A DNA stretch of 64,000 nucleotides, from contig DASZIV010000114.1 of assembly GCA_035948775.1 (NCBI GenBank), positions 130,263 through 194,262 on the forward strand, given 5' to 3'. Shown piece after piece: positions 57,165 to 63,395 of the stretch. The DNA comes from Bryobacteraceae bacterium. Its GTDB lineage: Bacteria; Acidobacteriota; Terriglobia; Bryobacterales; Bryobacteraceae. The position numbers were made by a program, and so were the translations under genes. The stretch's first letter is position 1. Each line of letters opens with the position of its first letter. The notes beneath the pieces were generated by a model. It saw only the letters and a program-made list of their open reading frames with translations. It searched no databases and was not told where the DNA came from.

Positions 57165-57965
57165 TCACCGCACGACCAATCCCTGCCCCGTCGGCAACGA
57201 CAGCACCTCCGCCCTTAACTCGCGTACTGTCTCGTCAATCTTCTCCTTCTGATACCGGTGCTCGTGATTCGCGTAATCGTCAAATAGCACCAGCGCGCCT
57301 GGAGAGAGCCGCGGCCAGAAATGCATAAGCGCGGCGCACTCCGGATACGCGCTATTCATATCAATGTGCAGAAAAGCCACGCGCGGGATCTCCAACGTGG
57401 CCAGGATCTCGGGAACTGGGCCGCGGACGATCACCGCGTTCGGCCACTCCGCGAAGTTCGCACGCACGCGTTTCACGTCCGTCACGTAGGAGCCCCGCTC
57501 GAGCAGTTCTTTCGTCAGGCCGGCCTTTCCCTGCTTCAGTTCCTCCGCTGAAAATTGTTCCACCACTGGCCCCGAAAAAGTATCGATCAGATAGAATTTG
57601 CGCGGCACGCCCGCCCAATCGAGGCAGTGCATGATGGCGGAGCTGACGAACCCAGCGTTGACCCCGCACTCGACGAAATCGCCAGGACTCCGCAAGGCAG
57701 TAGCAGCGGCCCATAGAGCCACATGAACGCGCCACTCCATGCCGGGGTCGACGCCCCAACTCGCTTGGATGCCCCGCGTGTACGCCTTCCGAAACTGGGG
57801 ATCACGCCGGAAGTCGGCGTTGTGCACGGTGAACAGGCCATCCTGGGCGTAATGCCGCTTCACATCAAAACGGAGACAACCGATGCGCGCTAATGCGGGG
57901 TCCAGCACGCGCCGGATTCTGGTTCGCACGCGTTTGGGGAGAAACGTCGCCAGCCTGCCCATCAT
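57165..57965 (-). CDS. TylF/MycF-like class I SAM-dependent methyltransferase
   Basis: 'GDFVECGVNAGFVSS', 'FYLIDTFSG', 'VAFLHIDMNSAYPECAALMHFWPRLSPGALVLFDDY'. Confidence 0.75.
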   Translation of the reverse strand: MMGRLATFLPKRVRTRIRRVLDPALARIGCLRFDVKRHYAQDGLFTVHNADFRRDPQFRKAYTRGIQASWGVDPGMEWRVHVALWAAATALRSPGDFVECGVNAGFVSSAIMHCLDWAGVPRKFYLIDTFSGPVVEQFSAEELKQGKAGLTKELLERGSYVTDVKRVRANFAEWPNAVIVRGPVPEILATLEIPRVAFLHIDMNSAYPECAALMHFWPRLSPGALVLFDDYANHEHRYQKEKIDETVRELRAEVLSLPTGQGLVVR

Positions 57966-57989
57966 CTGCGCAGCCGGTCCGCCGTGCTG

Positions 57990-58064
57990 TCACAAGAGGG
58001 CATAGTAGTCCTGTACCGCGGTGGCGAACAGGCCGAGACCTGTAATCACAAAAAGGACCCGCAT
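57990..58064 (-). pseudogene. 24-codon remnant resembling a TolC-family gene (signal-peptide start fused to an internal segment)
   Basis: MRVLFVITGLGLFATAVQDYYALL*. Compare 'MRFLSLIAGMGLW' and 'LYATVVQDYYAL' in the TolC gene at 55781-57088. DNA similarity to 56636-56680 is visible by eye. Confidence 0.35.
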
Positions 58065-58318
58065 CGAGAAAGCCAGTATATAGAATTGGCGGAAGAAACG
58101 GTGGGGTAGGCGTTAGATTGCCGAAAACAGAGCGGGCTCAAGCATGCCCCACCGCTAGAGGTACTAGGAAAATTCTCGGTGTTGGCCTGCAAGAAAAGCA
58201 TCGCAAAGAAAGCACCTCCGTGTATACTCTCTGCTATTCTCAGTCATTCGGAGTCCCGGAAATAGAGGGCTGGGCGAATAATTCAAGCAAGCGATGAATC
58301 CCAAAAGGAGTAAGTGAC

Positions 58319-59419
58319 TTGAGTATGGTGGCGATGGTGCTGACTGTGTTGAGCGTGCTCTTGGCGAGCGTCAGCATCTGGTTCGGATTGTGTCTCGCGA
58401 TGCAGAACGGGCGACTCCTGATTCGGATCGAGTCTCTCGAAGCCATCCTGTTTGCGAAGCCGGGCAGCATTGGCCTGGCGCCTGGGTCCACGCTGGGTGA
58501 CTTCTCTCTTCCTCTCGTCAGCAGCGGCGGCACCATGACACTGTCGCAATGGCGAGGCAAGAAAGTCGTGCTGATCTTCACTCGCCTCGGGTGCCACCAC
58601 TCCGAGCAGATGTTGCCACAGTTGAGCGTTGCCTTGGCAAACGCAAAGCCTGGCGGCCCGGTTCCGTTGGTCATCTCAATGGGCGATCTGGCCGGGAGCC
58701 AGCGATTATTCGAACGCCATCCGATCACCTGCCCCGTGCTTTCCGATGAGGAATCCGAAACGGTCCGGCACTACCGTGTGGCCGTCACACCGATGGCCTT
58801 GGTAGTGGACGAACGAGGCGCGGTCGAAGGCAACGTGGTGATCGGAACGGCGGCAATTCTTGACCTGTTTCGTGAGGGAACGGCCCGTGGCGAGCAGTCA
58901 GCCGAAGACTACTCGAAGGTCTCCTCTTCCTTGTCGCGCAGCAAGCTCGTGCGGGACGGGCTGAAGGCAGGCACCACGGCTCCGGAGTTCCGTTTGCCCA
59001 CTCTCACAGACGGACAGGATATTGCGCTCGCCGACTTGCAAGGCCGGCCGCTGCTCCTGGTGTTTTCGGATCCCAATTGCGGGCCCTGCCAGCAACTGGC
59101 TCCCAAGCTCGAAGAGGTACACCAAAGTTCGCCCGATCTACAGCTCGTCATGATCAGCCGCGGCGACCGCGACGTGAATCGGGAGAAAGCTACCAAAGGC
59201 GGCGTGACTTTTCCTGTGGCGTTACAGGCCCATTGGGAAGTTTCGAAGGCTTATGGCATGTTCGCCACACCAAGCGGGTATTTGGTGGATGAACATGGCG
59301 TTCTGGCCAGCGATGTGGCAGTGGGCGGAGATGCCATTCTCCGTCTGGTGGCGCAACGCCAGGCTGGCGGAAGTCAACCAGGGGCGGAGCCGCAGGTTCC
59401 GGCCGCACTGAACACATAG
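58319..59419 (+). CDS. membrane-anchored protein with two TlpA/ResA-like thioredoxin-fold domains (MauD-like N-terminus; CxxS + CxxC)
   Basis: RBS 'aaggag' lies 8 nt before TTG 58319. TM segment 'MVLTVLSVLLASVSIWFGLCLAM' is followed by 'QNGRLLIRIESLE'. Domain 1 has 'VVLIFTRLGCHHSEQMLPQL'. Domain 2 has 'LLLVFSDPNCGPCQQLAPKL' and 'FATPSGYLVDEHG'. Confidence 0.8.
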   Translation: MSMVAMVLTVLSVLLASVSIWFGLCLAMQNGRLLIRIESLEAILFAKPGSIGLAPGSTLGDFSLPLVSSGGTMTLSQWRGKKVVLIFTRLGCHHSEQMLPQLSVALANAKPGGPVPLVISMGDLAGSQRLFERHPITCPVLSDEESETVRHYRVAVTPMALVVDERGAVEGNVVIGTAAILDLFREGTARGEQSAEDYSKVSSSLSRSKLVRDGLKAGTTAPEFRLPTLTDGQDIALADLQGRPLLLVFSDPNCGPCQQLAPKLEEVHQSSPDLQLVMISRGDRDVNREKATKGGVTFPVALQAHWEVSKAYGMFATPSGYLVDEHGVLASDVAVGGDAILRLVAQRQAGGSQPGAEPQVPAALNT

Positions 59420-59447
59420 ACCAACCAAAAAGGGACTGGGCAAAAAA

Positions 59448-59756
59448 ATGAACAAGACGCTTGATGATTTCGCAAAGGGTTTGGCGAGTGGCATGTCGCG
59501 CCGTAGCGCTTTCTTGAAACTTTTGGGGGGAGCGGGAGCTCTCGGATTTCTAAGTCTTCGGCAAGCGAAGGCCGGGGCGAAGCTTCCTAAGCTTAAGTTT
59601 CCGAAGGATCCTGCCCAGTGCGAGAGTTTCTGTCTGAACTATGCGGACGAGGTCTATCTTGAGTGCGCCTTCGGCTCCAAAAAGGAGAATGCCTGCTTCG
59701 AACTGCAGAATCTCACCTATTTAGAATGCACGTACGAGTGTACGAATCGGCCGTAA
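59448..59756 (+). CDS. Tat-signal cysteine-rich mini-protein, paralogue 1 (102 aa, 6 Cys)
   Basis: 'MSRRSAFLKLLGGAGALGFLSLRQAKA' twin-arginine signal. The mature part follows C-x3-C-x10-C-x9-C-x10-C-x3-C. Confidence 0.8.
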   Translation: MNKTLDDFAKGLASGMSRRSAFLKLLGGAGALGFLSLRQAKAGAKLPKLKFPKDPAQCESFCLNYADEVYLECAFGSKKENACFELQNLTYLECTYECTNRP

Positions 59757-59924
59757 CGAGCGGCATTAGTTAAACAACACTGCGTCTGGCTACCGATGTG
59801 GCCGTGGAGGAGACGCGATTCTCCACCGGGTGGCGCAATCCCGACCTGGTGGAGCTTACCTGGGGCGGAGTCGTGAGTTTCTACCGCGCCGAACACAAAA
59901 CCAACTAAAGAAAGGGAGTAGAAA

Positions 59925-60218
59925 ATGAACAAGACGATTGATGATTTCTCAAAGAGTTTAGCGGGCGGCATGTCGCGCCGCGGCGCTTTCTTGAAGCTTC
60001 TGGGGGGCGCGGGAGTCCTGGGATTTCTAGGTGTGCAGAAAGCCAAGGCGAGCGAGTTCCCCAAGAATAAAGCCCTGTGCTCGAGTTACTGCCTTAACCT
60101 CGCGGATGAGGAATATCTCTTCTGCATGCTTTGCAACCCAAAGGATCAGAACGAATGTTTCGAACAACAGAATATCGACTATTTAAAATGCGCGTACGAG
60201 TGCGCGAATAGCAAGTAA
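59925..60218 (+). CDS. Tat-signal cysteine-rich mini-protein, paralogue 2 (97 aa, 7 Cys)
   Basis: RBS 'gggag'. 'MSRRGAFLKLLGGAGVLGFLGVQKAKA'. Same 6-Cys core plus one extra Cys. Confidence 0.8.
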   Translation: MNKTIDDFSKSLAGGMSRRGAFLKLLGGAGVLGFLGVQKAKASEFPKNKALCSSYCLNLADEEYLFCMLCNPKDQNECFEQQNIDYLKCAYECANSK

Positions 60219-60235
60219 AAGCCGACACTAGAAAA

Positions 60236-60333
60236 GCGGGGCAGGCTTCAGCCTGCAGGGGGCTTTAGCCCCGGTGTTGTAGCCGCTTGCCGGAGCGGGG
60301 CTGAAGCCCCGCGCAGGCTGAAGCCTGCCCCAC
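60236..60333 (+). repeat. REP-like four-hairpin repeat, copy B (between mini-protein genes 2 and 3)
   Basis: gcggggc-[gcaggcTTCAgcctgc]-a-[ggggcTTTAgcccc]-spacer-[gcggggcTGAAgccccgc]-[gcaggcTGAAgcctgc]-cccac. Confidence 0.85.
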
Positions 60334-60365
60334 AGCAACCTGGGCAAACCAAAAGGACGAGACAA

Positions 60366-60701
60366 ATGGACAAAACGCTGGACGATTTCTCAAAGAGTTT
60401 GGCCGGAAGTATGTCCCGGCGTAGCGCGTTTTTGAAACTCCTGGCTGGAGCAGGAGCGTTCGGATTTCTAGGACTGCGGAAAACGAAGGCCGGGACGTCC
60501 AAGCCTCCCAAGTTCGTATTTCCGAAAAATCCCGCGCTGTGCGAGAGTTACTGCTTGACCTACGCGGATGAAGTGTATTTAGAGTGCGCCTTCAACAAAC
60601 CGAAGGAGGCCAGCCTGTGCTTCGAAAAACAGAACCTTGCTTATCTAGACTGTATGTACGAGTGTGAGTGCTATACCAGCAAGACGTGCGACCTCGGGTG
60701 A
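60366..60701 (+). CDS. Tat-signal cysteine-rich mini-protein, paralogue 3 (111 aa, 8 Cys)
   Basis: RBS 'aagga'. 'MSRRSAFLKLLAGAGAFGFLGLRKTKA'. Same 6-Cys core plus the 'CECYTSKTC' tail. Confidence 0.8.
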   Translation: MDKTLDDFSKSLAGSMSRRSAFLKLLAGAGAFGFLGLRKTKAGTSKPPKFVFPKNPALCESYCLTYADEVYLECAFNKPKEASLCFEKQNLAYLDCMYECECYTSKTCDLG

Positions 60702-60903
60702 GCAGGCCGCTGTGCAGTCGCAGGACCAGGGCCAGCCTCACCTGGCCGGCCCACTTCCCTCCTATTCCATCTAAGACCTATTTCTCCCCGCCACGTCCAC
60801 TAATAGAATGGTCCCGCCGCAGCGCTGGCGGAACCTGTTCCGAGTACCACCAATCCGGCCGTTTTGTCCTGATGCAAAGTTAGTTGATTGCGGCTCAAAC
60901 ATC

Positions 60904-61017
60904 GCCGGACTAATCCTTTCGGTGAAACAGGGTGGAGACAGTACCAGTTTATGACCTTGCAAACGGGTGAAAGACGGACTAACCCTTTTGGACGAGGCAC
61001 TATGGAGACTATACCGG
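60904..61017 (+). promoter_or_regulatory. imperfect ~45-bp direct repeat pair upstream of the 8-Cys protein gene (possible regulator binding region)
   Basis: 60904-60947 'gccggactaatcctttcgg...ggagacagtaccag' versus 60973-61017 'gacggactaacccttttgg...ggagactataccgg'. The units start 69 nt apart. Function is inferred only. Confidence 0.3.
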
Positions 61018-61058
61018 CTACTGCCGTCATGTTACTTTGCAAATCGGAGGATTTGAGA

Positions 61059-61664
61059 ATGCGTAAGTTTTTCCAACTAATGATGGGCGTAGCACTGCTC
61101 TCGACGGCAGCCCTCGCTCAAGGAATTGGCCCCGATGATGCGCTGCAGGTGCGGTATGCCGCTAACCTGGGAGCGGGTCAATCGGTGATCGACATGACGA
61201 ACGTGGGAACGCAGGGCGGGAATGACGCTACTGACTACATCTGCGCGAACGTGTATGTGTTCGCCCAGGATCAACAGCTCATTTCGTGCTGCACCTGCCC
61301 GTTGAGCCCCAACGATCTGAAGACGCTGTCCGTTCAGAACGATCTCATCAACAACACGCTGACTCCTGGCGTGCCGACTGGCGTGACCATCGCGCTGGTT
61401 GCTACTGACGATTCTGGCCCCGCGACCTGCAATGCCGCCGTTCCGGGCTCTTTGGTTTCCGGTCTGCGCGCTTGGGGTACCACTCTCCATGCTGCACCGG
61501 GTGGTGGGTTCTTCGGAACCGAGACTGCTTTCTCTCATGCTCCCCTGAGCATCTCGGAATACGGCAAGATGACTGGCTTCTGCGCCTTCATCCAAGCCGA
61601 TGGTAGCAAGTTCGGTATCTGCAATTCCTGCTCGCCGGGTGCGGCTGGCGCCCAGAAGCAGTAA
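61059..61664 (+). CDS. secreted 201-aa cysteine-rich protein (8 Cys), unknown family
   Basis: RBS 'ggagg' lies 8 nt before the ATG at 61059. Sec signal 'MRKFFQLMMGVALLSTAALAQG'. Cys clusters 'SCCTCP' and 'CNSCSP'. The upstream extension of the track ORF has no signal peptide and spans the direct repeats. Confidence 0.75.
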   Translation: MRKFFQLMMGVALLSTAALAQGIGPDDALQVRYAANLGAGQSVIDMTNVGTQGGNDATDYICANVYVFAQDQQLISCCTCPLSPNDLKTLSVQNDLINNTLTPGVPTGVTIALVATDDSGPATCNAAVPGSLVSGLRAWGTTLHAAPGGGFFGTETAFSHAPLSISEYGKMTGFCAFIQADGSKFGICNSCSPGAAGAQKQ

Positions 61665-61693
61665 CACTGTAGTTTGGTAACATGTCAAACCTT

Positions 61694-61736
61694 ATCGGGT
61701 AGCCGGCCGAAACGCCGGTTACCCGATTAGTTTTTT
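61694..61736 (+). terminator. rho-independent terminator closing the 58319-61664 gene string
   Basis: A 14-bp stem atcgggtagccggc/gccggttacccgat (one G-U pair) with a 6-nt loop, followed by 'tagtttttt'. Confidence 0.8.
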
Positions 61737-61832
61737 GCCCCCTCCGATTTCCACTAATCTCTCAAACAGAGTCTTTTCTCCAGCCGGAGCTACGACTGAT
61801 CAACTAAAAGTACCGCTCCCGTTGGTAGGCAT

Positions 61833-61929
61833 GTGGGGCAGGGTTCAGCCTGGAGGGGCTTTAGCCCCGGTTTTGTAGTCGCTTGCCGGAGCGGGGCTGA
61901 AGCCCCGCGCAGGGTGAACGCTGCCCCAC
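61833..61929 (+). repeat. REP-like four-hairpin repeat, copy C
   Basis: gtggggc-[agggTTCAgcct]-...-[ggggcTTTAgcccc]-spacer-[gcggggcTGAAgccccgc]-...-ctgccccac. It ends 7 nt from the stop of the minus-strand gene at 61937. Confidence 0.85.
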
Positions 61930-61936
61930 AACAACT

Positions 61937-63193
61937 CTACCTTCCCAGCGAGGAACAATCGTAGGAGAGTTCCTTGTCCGGCGCAAACAGTACACCGGTC
62001 TGTTTAATAGCCAGCTTCGCTTCCGAAGGATCATGTGCATAGGCACAAATATATCGCGCAAGATTCTTGTAGATCCGTGGTTCGGGGTAAAAGGGAACGT
62101 TGAGTTCGCTTATGGACCACTCCATTAACTTTATGGCGTTGGTACCAGGTTTGTCCGTCACGTATACGTGCTGCAAGATATATTTTGGCAAACGGTCGGC
62201 CAGGGAATTCGTTACGTAGATGCTGGGGGTGTTTCTTGTCCCGGAATAGAGGGCCGAGGATAAGTATCCGTCCCACAGATTGAAGAAACTCAAGACTGGC
62301 GCGAGCGCAAAGAGCAACAAGATCACTTTCTGATAGCGCCCTCCGTCAGACCATACGATTTCGCGGGCAGATAGTCTCGGCCGCTGCCAGAAGAGGGTCG
62401 TCACGAAACAAAGCATGGCAACGTTCCATGGCCACACGACGCTGTTCCAGTCCTTGCCTAGCGGGCCAATGGCCCACAGAATGAAAGCATGCATTCCGAA
62501 AGCGGCGAAAATCGCCCAAGTCCGGAACCGGCGTGTCAGCAGGCCGATTCCGATGCCTGCCTCAATGAAGGGGGCCACCATCGCCAGCCAGTTGAAGCCC
62601 GGCACGATGGAAGCGGGGAGCAGGTGCGTGATCGGCTTCGTAAGCTCGTGGAAGACATAAGTCCGGAAACCCGGTTGTAGCTTCTGCAGGCCGCTCCAGA
62701 AATAAGTGCAGGCCACGGCAAGGCGACACGCGTTCAGCGCCGGGTTATGGATGTCATCATGGCCGCCCCGCGAGTAGTCATATAGGCCCAAAGCAATGAG
62801 CATTACCAAATACTGATAGAACCACGGCTGCCAGCGCGACTGATCCAACAGTGCAAGGGCGATTGCGAATAGGGAAAACAATCCGATTAACTTGGCGGGT
62901 CGGGTAACCACCGCTATGGCCGCCAACATGGCCAAGACCACTGCGAAGATCAGATGATCGAGGGGAACCGGAATCGATAGGGAGAACGGCCACACCGGAG
63001 TGGCCGGATAAGAGCGGTCACTCAGCCAAAGCGCAGGCGAGAGCACCATGCCGGCGAATAAGCCGCCTACGATGATGATCTTCAAGCGGCGTTCTGTCGC
63101 CGAAGGCCGGGTAAACTCTTGCTTAGGGAGCTCCGCCGCAGCCCTGGTGGGCTTCTTGCTAAGTGGTAAGTTCTTGGTTAATGGTGAGCCCAT
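61937..63193 (-). CDS. 9-TM integral membrane protein with DoxX/MauE/HTTM-like helix motif and a ~110-aa C-terminal soluble domain
   Basis: Hydrophobicity pattern. 'ACTYFWSGLQKLQPGF' resembles the conserved G-x-x-K helix of DoxX/MauE/HTTM-type membrane proteins. The family assignment is tentative. Confidence 0.7.
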   Translation of the reverse strand: MGSPLTKNLPLSKKPTRAAAELPKQEFTRPSATERRLKIIIVGGLFAGMVLSPALWLSDRSYPATPVWPFSLSIPVPLDHLIFAVVLAMLAAIAVVTRPAKLIGLFSLFAIALALLDQSRWQPWFYQYLVMLIALGLYDYSRGGHDDIHNPALNACRLAVACTYFWSGLQKLQPGFRTYVFHELTKPITHLLPASIVPGFNWLAMVAPFIEAGIGIGLLTRRFRTWAIFAAFGMHAFILWAIGPLGKDWNSVVWPWNVAMLCFVTTLFWQRPRLSAREIVWSDGGRYQKVILLLFALAPVLSFFNLWDGYLSSALYSGTRNTPSIYVTNSLADRLPKYILQHVYVTDKPGTNAIKLMEWSISELNVPFYPEPRIYKNLARYICAYAHDPSEAKLAIKQTGVLFAPDKELSYDCSSLGR

Positions 63194-63300
63194 GCAGGAC
63201 CGGATGGATCTACTTCCCTCTTATACAGCACGAGCCTTGTTTATTGGATGGGTAAACGGCTTGGGAAGTAACAGAACCGGTGGTACTTGACTCGTGCTGT

Positions 63301-63388
63301 GTGGGGCGGGCTTCAGCCCGCGGCGGACTTTAGTCCGCCATCCGAACCAGCGGGACTGAAGTCCCGCGCAGGCTAAAGCCCGCCCCAC
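63301..63388 (+). repeat. REP-like four-hairpin repeat, copy D
   Basis: gtggggc-[gcgggcTTCAgcccgc]-g-[gcggacTTTAgtccgc]-spacer-[gcgggacTGAAgtcccgc]-[gcaggcTAAAgcccgc]-cccac. It ends 7 nt from the stop of the kinase gene. Confidence 0.85.
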
Positions 63389-63395
63389 AAGAACC

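Noticed and set aside
58170-58318. A promoter for the double-thioredoxin gene ('tatact' at about 58223 with a weak upstream -35-like hexamer).
   Set aside because: Only the -10-like hexamer is convincing and the -35 match is 3/6. Acidobacterial promoter consensus is uncertain, so I did not list it as a feature.
59717-60511. Minus-strand ORFs 59717-60064 and 60248-60511 opposite the mini-protein genes.
   Set aside because: They are antisense to ORFs that have RBSs, Tat signals and a conserved Cys pattern. One also runs through the REP-like repeat. I see no start context or motif.
60888-61058. The 5' extension of ORF 60888-61664 (the 258-aa version).
   Set aside because: The extension has no signal peptide or RBS and spans the direct-repeat DNA ('RRTNPFG' translated twice). 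The internal ATG at 61059 has a 'ggagg' RBS and yields a clean Sec signal peptide.
39174-63388. Whether the four ~100-nt repeats could be a CRISPR array or a tRNA-like gene.
   Set aside because: The copies are kilobases apart rather than separated by 25-50 nt spacers. They are too long and internally multi-hairpin for CRISPR repeats. There is no cloverleaf or T-loop 'GGTTCGAATCC'-type sequence, and no cas genes lie in the window.
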